DNA of 64,000 nucleotides from Candidatus Hydrogenedentota bacterium (lineage in GTDB: Bacteria; Hydrogenedentota; Hydrogenedentia; Hydrogenedentales; CAITNO01). Within the stretch, counting starts at the first letter, position 1; each line of letters opens with the position of its first letter. The notes below the pieces were generated by a model. The model made no database searches, was not told where the DNA came from, and saw only the letters and a list, made by a program, of their open reading frames with translations. The position numbers were made by a program, and so were the translations under genes. Location: NCBI GenBank assembly GCA_012730045.1, contig JAAYBR010000002.1, forward strand, positions 28,911 to 92,910, given 5' to 3'. This document shows positions 27,362 to 36,786 of this stretch, piece after piece.

Positions 27362-27853
27362 GACCTTATTCACTCCTCTAAAACAGTTGGGACTCCCTGC
27401 AACACATGGCGACATTCACCATGAGATTCGCTCGCTTCTGCTGTTCTGCGTCTGGAAGGGTGCTCTCCCGATTCGCCCCTTCCGCCAAGGGGGAAAGAAC
27501 GGGCATGTCTCCAGAGAGGCTCTCCCCCAAAAGCCTCGGCCTCCCAGAAGGAGCCGCCAGCGACCCGTCTGACCGCTCCCCCGCGCACCGGCAGTCCCCG
27601 GGAAAGAAATGCGAACCGATATATCCGCTGTGAGTGGCACACAGCCCCACGGGGACGGCTACTTTTTCCAAGAACCTCACCATACGCGCCAATTTAGCAG
27701 AATATATCCGCAATGTCAATAGGGAACGCCCATCCCTCCCGCCGGATACGGCGGGGAACGGAATCAGGCGCGTTGTGTTAACGCGCAGAGGAATTCATGC
27801 TGGCGAGAAAGGGATGCCCCTCACCCGCCAGGTAGGACGATCCTGCCGGGAAA

Positions 27854-27952
27854 GAAGAGGGCGCGGCAAGCGGTGGCCCTTACCTGCCTATGCCTCGGCA
27901 CACACGAAAACGCCGGGCAACCCGCTTGCAGGGGAGCCACTTGTTGCGCCCT
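27854..27952. repeat. REP/MITE-like palindromic element, family 1 (diverged copy)
   Basis: AAGAGGGCGCGGCAAGCGGTGGCCCTTAC … GCAGGGGAGCCACTTGTTGCGCCCT with terminal inverted repeats. Confidence 0.5.
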
Positions 27953-28119
27953 GGAGCGAACACATAGGCCATCGCTTATCCGACGATCCTGGACCCATCC
28001 GATTTGCCGCTCTTGCAATCGGCGGGCGCATGCGCCAGAATAGGGGGTGCAAGGGACCGGGCATCCGGTGGCCATTTCCGGCGGGGGTTTCCGCCGGACA
28101 ACCCAAGGAGACACAGGAC

Positions 28120-29445
28120 ATGGAGATTTCCCGCAGGCATTTTCTTAACTCGTCGGCGGCGGTGCTGGCGGCGGGCGTCATGGCGCACGGGCGCGTCTGG
28201 GGCGCCAACGAGAAGATCGGGGTGTGCGTCGTGGGCGTGAACGGCCGCGGCGGCTCGCACATTGAGGGGTTCAGCAAGAGCCCGGATTCGGAGGTGGTGG
28301 CGCTGTGCGACGTGGACGCGCGGGTGCTGGAGCGCGTGGCGAAGCAGGTGGAGAAGGAGACCGGGAAGAAGCCGAAGACCTACCGCGACATGCGGGAGGC
28401 CTTCGCGGACCCGGATGTGGACGCGGTGGGCATCGCCACGCCGAACCACTGGCACACGCTGGCGGCGGTCTGGGCGGCGCAGGCGGGCAAGCATGTCTAT
28501 GTGGAGAAGCCGGCGACGCACAACATCTACGAGGGCCAGCAGCTGGTGGCGGCGGCGGAGAAGTACAATGTGGTGATCCAGCACGGCACGCAGTCGCGCT
28601 CGGACAGGCAGTGGCTGCGCGACATCGCGCTGCTCCAGTCGGGGGAGATCATCGGGCCGCTGTACATGGCCCGCGGCCTCGGCTACAAGAACGGGAACCG
28701 CGGCGCCATCGGCAACGAGCCGGACTCGGACGCGCCCGAGACGCTCGACTGGGACCTCTGGCAGGGGCCGGCGTCGCGCAAGCCGTTCAACAAGATGTAC
28801 CACCCCTACAACTGGCACTGGTTCTGGCACTGGGGCAACGGCGAGATCGGCAACCAGGGCATCCACCAGCTGGACATCGCGGCGTGGGGCATGAACCGGG
28901 GCCTGCCGGTGCGGGTGGACAGCGTGGGCGGCCGTTACACCTACGAGGACGCGGGCGAGACGCCGAACACGAACGTGGCCACGTTCATCTACGAGGACGG
29001 CACCATGCTGGTCTTCGAGGTGCGCAACCGCTGGACCAACGACGAGGGCGGCCGCATGCTCGGCGACAAGTTCGCGGGCGGCGTCGGCGTGGGCAACCTA
29101 TTCTACGGCGACGGCGGCTACTATGTGGAGGACCAGGGCTTCTTCGACAAAAAGAACGAGCCGATCCCGGTGGACAACGCGAAATACCCGTTCCCGGAGT
29201 CGAAAGGCTGCTGGCAGAACTTCCTGGAGGCGGTGAAGGCGAACGACAAGACGAAGGTGTACGGCGACATGAAGGCGGCGCACGTCTCCTCCGGCATGGC
29301 GCACCTGGCGGGCATCTCCTACCGCCTGGGCACCTCGCTGAAGTTCGACCCGAAGACCGAGACCTTCACCGGCGCGCCGTCCGAGGCGAACGCGATGCTC
29401 ACGCGCGAGTACGCGAAGGGCTTCGAGGTCCCGAAACTCGCCTGA
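28120..29445 (+). CDS. Gfo/Idh/MocA-family NAD(P)-dependent oxidoreductase with Tat signal
   Basis: MEISRRHFLNSSAAVLAAG twin-arginine signal; Rossmann motif GVCVVGVNGRGGSH; AAGGAG SD 9 nt upstream. Confidence 0.85.
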   Translation: MEISRRHFLNSSAAVLAAGVMAHGRVWGANEKIGVCVVGVNGRGGSHIEGFSKSPDSEVVALCDVDARVLERVAKQVEKETGKKPKTYRDMREAFADPDVDAVGIATPNHWHTLAAVWAAQAGKHVYVEKPATHNIYEGQQLVAAAEKYNVVIQHGTQSRSDRQWLRDIALLQSGEIIGPLYMARGLGYKNGNRGAIGNEPDSDAPETLDWDLWQGPASRKPFNKMYHPYNWHWFWHWGNGEIGNQGIHQLDIAAWGMNRGLPVRVDSVGGRYTYEDAGETPNTNVATFIYEDGTMLVFEVRNRWTNDEGGRMLGDKFAGGVGVGNLFYGDGGYYVEDQGFFDKKNEPIPVDNAKYPFPESKGCWQNFLEAVKANDKTKVYGDMKAAHVSSGMAHLAGISYRLGTSLKFDPKTETFTGAPSEANAMLTREYAKGFEVPKLA

Positions 29446-29600
29446 TCCCCTGCGGGGCCTGACGTCGGCGGGGCCTCCTGAGGTGGCATGGGCATCTTGA
29501 CCATGTTCTTGAGCGTGCGCAAGCGCCCCGACCACGGGCTGGAAGCCCGTGCCACCTCAAGGGCGGCTTCGCGTGGGGAACCGGTCTGTGGTGCTTTGAA

Positions 29601-29650
29601 AAAACAGCGCCGGGCGCGGCTGCAGGGGCCGCGCCCGGCGTTCTTTCTAA
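29601..29650. terminator. bidirectional rho-independent terminator between convergent genes
   Basis: A-tract, 13-bp GC stem (CGCCGGGCGCGGC/GCCGCGCCCGGCG), then TTCTTTCT. Confidence 0.55.
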
Positions 29651-29659
29651 TCCGTCCGC

Positions 29660-30778
29660 TCAGTGGTGGGAGAAACAGCGCTCCAGGGTGAAGAGCATGG
29701 CCGCGCCGGCCTCGTTGCAGGCCTCGATGGCCTCGTAGTCGTTCATGCTGCCGCCGGGCTGCACGATGGCCGTGATCCCCGCGCCCGTGGCGGCATCCAC
29801 CGCGTCGCGGAATGGGAAGAAGCCGTCGGACGCCATGACGGCGCCCTCCAGGGACTCGGCCCCCTTGTACTTCGCCTTGGCCTTGGCGATGGCCTGCTGC
29901 ACCGCGCCCACGCGGTCCTGCTCGCCCGTGCCGACGGCGAGGGTCTGGCCGTTGCGCGCGATGACCACGCCGTTCGACCGCACGTGGATGTTCACATACC
30001 ACGCGAAGAGCAGGTCGTCGAGCTCCTGCGGCGTCGCCACGCGGGCGATGTCCATGCGGCCCTTCTTCGGGTGGTCGTTGTAGGCGGGCACGAGGTCGGC
30101 CGTGGAGCGCACGCGCGACAGGTAGGGCTTCGCCAGCACGATGCTGCCGTCGTCGAACACCTTCATCTCCCACGCGCGCGGCGTGTCGTCCACGTATTTC
30201 GGCAGCGCGTCGAATCCGGGCGTCTGGATGATGCGGATGTCGCGGTTCCTCTTGAAGCGGTCGGCGTCCTGGAACGCCTCCAGGGCCCCGGGTGCGAAGG
30301 CCGGCGCCACCACGCACTCCACGATGGTCTGCATGATCTCCGCCGCCGTGTCGCCGTCCACCTCGCGGTTGAACGCGCACACGCTGCCGAAGGCCGCCTG
30401 CGCGTCCGCGTCGCGCGCGCGCTGGTACACCTCCACAAGCGGCTGGCCGCCGTTCTGCAGCGCCACGCCGGAGGGGTTGCAGTGCTTCATGACGGCGCAA
30501 GCCGGGCGCGGCATGAACTTAAGGATGCCGAGGGCGTGCTGCATGTCCTCGAGGTTGGTCTGCGACAGGCCGGCCTTGCCGGTCTTGAGCATCCTGTAGG
30601 CGCCGAGCACGAGCCCCTCGCCGTCCGCCGGACGGTAATACGCCGCCGGCTGGTGCGGGTTCGTGCCGTAGCGCAGGTCCTCCACCTTCACATAGGCGCG
30701 CCCGATCACGTCTATCGTCTCCGGGAAGTCCCCCTCGGTCCGGGTGCGGTACATTTTCTTGAGGTCCTGGTCGGCCAT
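29660..30778 (-). CDS. stand-alone AICAR transformylase domain protein (PurH C-terminal AICARFT domain; no MGS/IMP-cyclohydrolase domain)
   Basis: 372 aa with …ASDGFFPFRDAVDAA… and …AIVQPGGSMNDYEAIEACNEAG… typical of the PurH formyltransferase half. Confidence 0.8.
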   Translation of the reverse strand: MADQDLKKMYRTRTEGDFPETIDVIGRAYVKVEDLRYGTNPHQPAAYYRPADGEGLVLGAYRMLKTGKAGLSQTNLEDMQHALGILKFMPRPACAVMKHCNPSGVALQNGGQPLVEVYQRARDADAQAAFGSVCAFNREVDGDTAAEIMQTIVECVVAPAFAPGALEAFQDADRFKRNRDIRIIQTPGFDALPKYVDDTPRAWEMKVFDDGSIVLAKPYLSRVRSTADLVPAYNDHPKKGRMDIARVATPQELDDLLFAWYVNIHVRSNGVVIARNGQTLAVGTGEQDRVGAVQQAIAKAKAKYKGAESLEGAVMASDGFFPFRDAVDAATGAGITAIVQPGGSMNDYEAIEACNEAGAAMLFTLERCFSHH

Positions 30779-31288
30779 GGCGTGCGTCTCCTGGGTGGGG
30801 TTGCGGTTTGACGCCGCCTATTGTGCCACAGCGGCCCGCGCCGGGGCATCCCGCAGGGCAATCGCACTAAAATCTGGCCACCCTTTCTGACAAAGAGTTC
30901 TTTCGCCCCCTGCTCCGTGTTCTTTTCAACGCTGAAAGCGTTGCCGAATATAGCCCAGGCCAGGCCGCCGCCCGAAGGGCCAGGCCTGCCCTGGGTTGCC
31001 CGGACAGAAAGAATCATGCCCCAACGGGGCAGCCGAAATTGCGGCGGGGAGTGCCGTGCCGGCCTTGGGGGAAACGCGCGGTAACGGGTCGTCTTTTGTG
31101 TGCCCCCGCGCGGGCAAGCCCACGCGAAGAAAGGCGGCAGCAAGCTACCGCACTCCAAGGCGCTGCGCGCTGTGCGGACCCGGGGCTGCGGTAATGGGCG
31201 GCGGGCGTTGACAACACGGAGATAACCGGCTATAATTCTTTCCAGTTAGTGGCCTAACTGGAACAATTTCTTACCGGATGAGTGATCC

Positions 31289-32602
31289 ATGCTGGAGACC
31301 GTCAAATCACTCCTGCTCGATTTTCAGGAAATGCGCCTGGACACCGGCGTGCCCCGCCGTCTGCAGATGGAGACGGTCCGGAACAAGGCCGCCGTGTGCA
31401 TTGGCGTGCGGCGGAGTGGAAAGTCCACCTTTCTCTTCCAGTCCATAGAACGCCTCGTCGGCGGGGGAGTTCCCCGGGAGAACATCCTTTATCTGAACTT
31501 CTTCGATGACCGTCTTCATGGTCTCCGGCAGGACAATATCGGCCTCGTTATGGAGGCCTATTACTCCCTGTATCCCGAGAAGAAGGGCCGTGAGACAATC
31601 CATTGTTTCTTCGATGAAATCCAGGCGGTGCGGGGATGGGAGTCCTTTGTGGACCGGCTGATACGGACAGAGAAGTGCGTTGTCCACCTGACGGGCTCCT
31701 CGGCGGGCATGCTTTCCAAGGAAGTGGCCACACAGATGCGCGGACGGGCGCTTTCCTGGGAGATGTTCCCCTTTTCCTTCCGGGAGTTCCTTGACTTCAA
31801 GAAAATTGACGCGGCGACGCCCCTTTCAACACGAAAACGGCTGCTGGTCAAGAAAGCTTTTTCCGAATACTGGGAAACGGGGGGATTTCCGGAAGTCGCC
31901 GGCCTGCCCGGCCATCTGCGGGTGAAAATCCATCAGGAGTACTTCCAAACGATCCTCTTCAGGGATCTTGTGGACCGGCACGACGTCCAGCATCCCCGGG
32001 CGGTGCGTGATCTCGCGCACCGGCTGGTGGACAACCCGGCCTCCCTATACACGATCAACCGCCTTACCGCTTATCTGAAGTCGCTGGGACACAAGGTGCC
32101 GAAATCCTCCGTCTCGGACTACCTGGCGTGGTTTGAGGACGCCTATTTCCTTTTCACTGTCCGCGTGTTCGACGCGTCGTCTGCGCGCCGGGAGACCAAC
32201 CCAAAACGCGTGTACTGCGTGGACCACGCGCTGGTGTCCTCGGTCTCATCGGGCATCCTGGTGAATGCCGGGCACCTCTTGGAGAATCTGGTCTTCGTCG
32301 CCCTGCGGCGCCTGCATCCGACGCTCCACTATTACAAGACCAAGACAGGCCGGGAGGTTGATTTTGTCGTTCCGGGACGTGGCGGCGCACGGGCACTGGT
32401 TCAGGTGTGCGAATCACTGGCGGAGGAGGAGACACGAAAACGGGAGGTGACGGCTCTGGAGGAGGCGATGTCCGAGCTGGGCCTCGAGGAGGGCACCATT
32501 GTGACCCGCAGTGAGGAGGAAGGCATCCGGGGCGGGGCGGGACGAATCCGGGTGGTTCCCGCGTGGCATTTTCTTCTGGAGCTTCCGGACATGCCCGACT
32601 AG
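31289..32602 (+). CDS. AAA+ ATPase (AAA_14 plus DUF4143 family, COG1373)
   Basis: Walker A GVRRSGKST and a C-terminal DUF4143-like region. Local GC about 58-60%. Confidence 0.75.
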   Translation: MLETVKSLLLDFQEMRLDTGVPRRLQMETVRNKAAVCIGVRRSGKSTFLFQSIERLVGGGVPRENILYLNFFDDRLHGLRQDNIGLVMEAYYSLYPEKKGRETIHCFFDEIQAVRGWESFVDRLIRTEKCVVHLTGSSAGMLSKEVATQMRGRALSWEMFPFSFREFLDFKKIDAATPLSTRKRLLVKKAFSEYWETGGFPEVAGLPGHLRVKIHQEYFQTILFRDLVDRHDVQHPRAVRDLAHRLVDNPASLYTINRLTAYLKSLGHKVPKSSVSDYLAWFEDAYFLFTVRVFDASSARRETNPKRVYCVDHALVSSVSSGILVNAGHLLENLVFVALRRLHPTLHYYKTKTGREVDFVVPGRGGARALVQVCESLAEEETRKREVTALEEAMSELGLEEGTIVTRSEEEGIRGGAGRIRVVPAWHFLLELPDMPD

Positions 32603-32708
32603 GCAGCCCGGCATGCGGCGGGCGAATCCGTTGCATTTCGGCGGGGTCCGCGATATGATGGGGGCGGCCCGCGGAGGCGGGGACAACGCGCGCGGCGCAG
32701 GAGGTGTC

Positions 32709-33071
32709 ATGCACAGCGACCCCATGGAAAGACGGCGGTATCCGCGAAGCCGCAGGAGCGTCTCGCTCATCCACGACGACGAGGGGCCCGGCGTGCTCAA
32801 CCATGTGGACAACATCAGCGCATCGGGGGTGCTCTGCCACACGGTGAAGCCGGTGCCGCTGATGATGAAAATCGGCATGGCGCTGGAGATGCCGAAGCCG
32901 TGCGCGCGCCGGATTGACGCCGAGGGCGTGGTGGTGCGCTGCGAGCAGGACGAGATGGGGGACGACCGCTTCCAGGTGGCGATCCTCTTCACGCACATCG
33001 CCCCGGAGGACCAGCAGGCGCTCGAGGCCTTCGTGGAAAACGACCTGCAGTGCCCGGACGCGGAAGACTGA
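32709..33071 (+). CDS. PilZ-domain protein (c-di-GMP-binding candidate)
   Basis: RRYPRSRR … DNISASG matches the RxxxR / DxSxxG PilZ signature. Confidence 0.55.
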   Translation: MHSDPMERRRYPRSRRSVSLIHDDEGPGVLNHVDNISASGVLCHTVKPVPLMMKIGMALEMPKPCARRIDAEGVVVRCEQDEMGDDRFQVAILFTHIAPEDQQALEAFVENDLQCPDAED

Positions 33072-35062
33072 CCCGGTTCGCGGCCCAACCAAGGAGACGG
33101 ACCGTGCTGGTGACGACCTGCCTTTCGATTTTCTGCGCCCTTTCGGCGCCGGGGGCCCCGGAGGACGCGCGCGCCGCGGAGGCGCGGCACACGGACACGG
33201 TGTTTGAGATGACGGAATTTGCGGACAGGGCGGCCTGGGAGGCCTTTGCGGACCGCCTGCGGAAGCGCATCCTGCTGTCCTCGGGCCTGGTGCCCATGCC
33301 GCCGGAGACCCCGCTGAACGCGAAGATCACCGGCCGGGTGGAGCGGGACGAATACACCGTGGAGAAGGTGTGCTTCGAGGTGCGGCCCGGCTTCTTTGCC
33401 ACGGGAAACCTCTACCGCCCGAAGGGGGGCGGCCCCTTCCCCGCCGTGGTCAACCCCCACGGCCACTGGGAAAAGGGGCGCCTGGAGGATTCTGAGCGGG
33501 GTTCCGTGCCCGCGCGCTGCATCACCCTGGCGCGCATGGGCGCGGTGGCGTTCGCCTACGACATGATCGGCTATGTGGACAGCCGGCAGTTCGTCCACAA
33601 CTGGGGCCGCGACCAGGAGAAACTCTGGGGCGTCCACCCCTTCGCCCTCCAGCTGCTCACGAGCCTGCGCGCGGTGGACTTCGTGCTGTCCCTGCCGGAG
33701 GTGGACCCCGGCCGCATCGGCTGCACGGGCGCCTCGGGCGGCGGCACGCAGACCTTCGCGCTGACGGCCGTTGACCCGCGCGTGAAGGCGGCGGCCCCGG
33801 TCAATATGATCTCGTCCATCATGCAGGGCGGATGCCTCTGCGAGAACGCCCCGCTCATCCGCCTGGAAAACTCGAACATGGAGGTCGGCGCGCTGGCCGC
33901 GCCCCGGCCCCTCATGATGGTCTCCGCCACCGGCGACTGGACCAAGAACACGCCGCAGGTGGAGTTCCCCGCCATCCGAAGTGTCTACGCCCTGTACGGC
34001 GCGGAGGACAAGGTGGAGAACGTCCATCTCGACTTCGAACACAACTACAACCGGCCAAGCCGCGAGGCGGTGTACCGGTTCTTAGGGAAGCACCTCATCG
34101 GCGGGCGCGACTGGTCGGATTTCACCGAACCCCCGTATCAGAAGGAACCCGACGAGGCGCTGCGCGTGTTCCCGGGCGAGGGACCGCTGCCGGACGCGAA
34201 GCAGCGGGCGGAAATCATTGAAGACCTCGTCGCCATGCAGAAGGAGAAGTGGGCGGCGGTACTCCCGAAGGACACGGCGGGCGTGGACGCCTTCCGGCGG
34301 GACTACGGCTTCGTGCTTCCCGGCGTGACGGGCGCCGAAGCGCCCGCGCCTGAAGGCCTGCGCTGTGAGAAGACGGCCACGGAAACCCTCGGCGGCTTCA
34401 CCGCCGAGCGGTGGGTGCTGGGCCGCGCGGGAAAGGGCGACGCGGTGAGCGCGGTGCTCTTCCTCCCGCAGAACGCGGGGACCGCCGAGGCGGTGCTGCT
34501 GGCGCACGGAAGCGGCAAGGCCGCCCTGCTTGACCCCAAGACCGGCGGGCCGGGAGAACTGGCCGCCGCGCTCCTCAAGCGCGGGGCCGCGGTGCTGTGC
34601 GCCGACCTTTTCCTGCAGGGCGACGGCGCGCCGAAGGAGCGCGGGGAGTCCGGCAAGTTCCCGGACACCTTCAAGCCGACGGACACGGCGGAGCGGGTGC
34701 AGGACATTCTGACCGCCGCGGCCTTCCTGCGGGGGCCCGCGGGGCTCGATGTGGCCGCCGCGGCCGGCCTGGAGGACGCGGGCCTGTGGTGCCTGCTGGC
34801 GGCCGCGATGGACCCCGCAGTCGGGCGCGTGTTCGCCGACCTGAACGGGTTCGCCCTGGACGATGACGACGCCTGGGCGGCGCGCCACTACATCCCGTGC
34901 ATCCGCAGCGTGGGCGATGTCCGCACGGCCCTGGCCCTGGTCGCGCCGCGCCCGTGCCTGCTGGCCGGCGTCAACACGGCGGAGGCGCCCGCCCTGACCT
35001 GGCTGGGCGCGGAGACGGCCGGGGACACCGGAGCCGGCACCCTGGCGAAATGGCTGAGATAA
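33050..35062 (+). CDS. secreted alpha/beta-hydrolase (acetyl-xylan-esterase/dienelactone-hydrolase-like N-terminal domain) with a roughly 300-aa C-terminal extension; start codon uncertain
   Basis: Signal-like …VLVTTCLSIFCALSAPGAPEDARA; nucleophile elbow GCTGASGGG. The start could be the GTG at about 33104. Confidence 0.65.
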   Translation: MPGRGRLTRFAAQPRRRTVLVTTCLSIFCALSAPGAPEDARAAEARHTDTVFEMTEFADRAAWEAFADRLRKRILLSSGLVPMPPETPLNAKITGRVERDEYTVEKVCFEVRPGFFATGNLYRPKGGGPFPAVVNPHGHWEKGRLEDSERGSVPARCITLARMGAVAFAYDMIGYVDSRQFVHNWGRDQEKLWGVHPFALQLLTSLRAVDFVLSLPEVDPGRIGCTGASGGGTQTFALTAVDPRVKAAAPVNMISSIMQGGCLCENAPLIRLENSNMEVGALAAPRPLMMVSATGDWTKNTPQVEFPAIRSVYALYGAEDKVENVHLDFEHNYNRPSREAVYRFLGKHLIGGRDWSDFTEPPYQKEPDEALRVFPGEGPLPDAKQRAEIIEDLVAMQKEKWAAVLPKDTAGVDAFRRDYGFVLPGVTGAEAPAPEGLRCEKTATETLGGFTAERWVLGRAGKGDAVSAVLFLPQNAGTAEAVLLAHGSGKAALLDPKTGGPGELAAALLKRGAAVLCADLFLQGDGAPKERGESGKFPDTFKPTDTAERVQDILTAAAFLRGPAGLDVAAAAGLEDAGLWCLLAAAMDPAVGRVFADLNGFALDDDDAWAARHYIPCIRSVGDVRTALALVAPRPCLLAGVNTAEAPALTWLGAETAGDTGAGTLAKWLR

Positions 35063-35946
35063 TGACCCCGGAGGACGCGTCCGGCGACCGGGTGGTCCAC
35101 GCCACGGATCCGCATTTCTGGCGCGTGACCCTGAACCCCGCCCGGCTCGCGGGGAAGCGCGCCCTGGGCATGGCCAATCTGGTCCTGCGGCGGCGCCGGC
35201 ACCTCCGGACGGACCTGGCGGAGATCTTCGCGCGGGAGATCGCGGCAACGGGCGCCGGGACGGTCATCATCAGCGGTGACCTCACAACGACCTCGCTGGA
35301 GGCGGAGTTCGCCGCGGCGCGGGCGTTTCTGGACAGGCTGGCCTCCCTGGGACCGCGAATCCTCGTCATTCCCGGAAACCATGACGTGTACACCTTCTCC
35401 TCGGCCCGACGCCGCCTCTTTGAGCGTTTCCTGGGAGACTACCTGCCCGCACCGGAGCTGCCCGCGCGGGTCCTCCTGCCCCGGGGAGCGCCGGTGGTCT
35501 TCTATCCGGGAACAGGGCCCAACGTCATCACGTCGCGCGGCCGCATGGACCGTGCGGTCATCGAGCGGACGGCGGCGCTGGTCGCGGACGCGCCCGCCGG
35601 CCGCCCCGTGCTGCTGGTGGGGCACTATCCCCTGCTCCCGCAGACGGAGGCCTACCGGGAGGCATGGTCCCACCGGCTGCCCCGCGCCCGGGAACTCCGG
35701 GCGGCCCTGGCCGCCACGGGACGGACCCTCCTGTGCGCCGCGGGACATGTGCACCGGTTCTCGCTGGTCAGGGATCCGGAGCACCCCGTCCTCTTCCATC
35801 TCACGACGCAACCGCTTTTCATGCGCAGCGCGGCGCACGCGGGCGCGTTCTCTGTCCTCCGCTGCTCCCCTGCCGGGTTCGAGGTGAGCCGCTGCACCCG
35901 CCGGGACGATGCCTGGCACGAGTCCCCCCTCCCCGCCTTCCCCTGA
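35050..35946 (+). CDS. calcineurin-like metallophosphoesterase
   Basis: …VIISGDLT… …VIPGNHD… …GHYPL… …GHVHR… metal-ligand motifs; overlaps the upstream stop by 13 nt. Confidence 0.75.
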   Translation: MAEIMTPEDASGDRVVHATDPHFWRVTLNPARLAGKRALGMANLVLRRRRHLRTDLAEIFAREIAATGAGTVIISGDLTTTSLEAEFAAARAFLDRLASLGPRILVIPGNHDVYTFSSARRRLFERFLGDYLPAPELPARVLLPRGAPVVFYPGTGPNVITSRGRMDRAVIERTAALVADAPAGRPVLLVGHYPLLPQTEAYREAWSHRLPRARELRAALAATGRTLLCAAGHVHRFSLVRDPEHPVLFHLTTQPLFMRSAAHAGAFSVLRCSPAGFEVSRCTRRDDAWHESPLPAFP

Positions 35947-36021
35947 CCTCCCCACCCCCTTCACCGAATCGGAACAAAAAAAAGCCCTCCGGCGGTGTCG
36001 CCGAAGGGCTGGAAGGTTTTT

Positions 36022-36580
36022 AGTGAGATGCCGGCAGGGGGCGGCCGGCATCTCCGGTAAGGTGCGTTGCCCCGCCGGGGAGGCGGGGCGTCACAGAGGA
36101 GAACGGATAAGACCAGTGGAGATGCCGGCAGGGGGCGGCCGGCATCCCCGGTGAGGTGCGTTGCCCCGCCGGGGAGGCGGGGCGTCACAGAGGAGAACGG
36201 ATAAGACCAGTGGGAATGCCGGCAGGGGGCGGCCGGCATCCCCGGTGAGGTGCGTTGCCCCGCCGGGGAGGCGGGGCGTCACAGAGGAGAACGGATAAGA
36301 CCAGTGGGAATGCCGACAGGGGGCGGCCGACATCCCCGGTGAGGTGCGTTGCTCCGCCGGGGAGGCGGAGCGTCACAGAGGAGAACGGATAAGACCAGTG
36401 GAGATGTCGGCAGGGGGCGGCCGACATCCCCGGTGAGGTGCGTTGCCCCGCCGGGGAGGCGGGGCGTCACAGAGGAGAACGGATAAGACCAGTGGAGATG
36501 CCGGCAGGGGGCGGCCGGCATCCCCGGTGAGGTGCGTTGCTCCGCCGGGGAGGCGGAGCATCACAGAGGAGAACGGATAA
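36022..36580. repeat. tandem array of a 94-bp repeat (5.9 near-identical copies) with a further diverged partial copy at about 36672-36770
   Basis: Period of 94 bp read directly from the sequence. Each unit carries two GC-rich hairpins (GATGCCGGC-AGGGGGCG-GCCGGCATC and CCCCGCC-GGGGAG-GGCGGGG). Units 4 and 6 carry a paired C>T / G>A change that keeps the second stem intact. Confidence 0.9.
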
Positions 36581-36786
36581 ACCGTCCAAGCCGGAACCGG
36601 GCTCCGGCCTTCCGCGCGGCACCCATCCCCGCCAATCGGCAGGGGAACACGCGGAGATACATGTGAATGAATTCGGGAGATGCCGGCAGGGGGCGGCCGG
36701 CATCTCGGGGTGAGGTGCGTGCCCTGACTGGCGTCAGGGCGGGTAGAGGACTTGCGTCCTCTGTCTTGGGGGCAAAACTCTTTCTC

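Noticed and set aside
23380-27650. Prophage or integrative element explanation for the low-GC island
   Set aside because: No integrase, transposase, tRNA or phage genes were found. The content is a coherent lipoprotein operon, so it is reported only as compositionally atypical.
29319-30500. 393-aa minus-strand ORF overlapping the AICARFT gene in another frame
   Set aside because: The other frame encodes clear PurH motifs. This frame is Arg/Gly-rich nonsense.
36022-36580. CRISPR array interpretation of the 94-bp repeats
   Set aside because: The entire 94-bp unit is repeated with no variable spacers, and no cas genes are nearby. The tandem ORFs on the minus strand (36091.. etc.) are repeat-derived artefacts.
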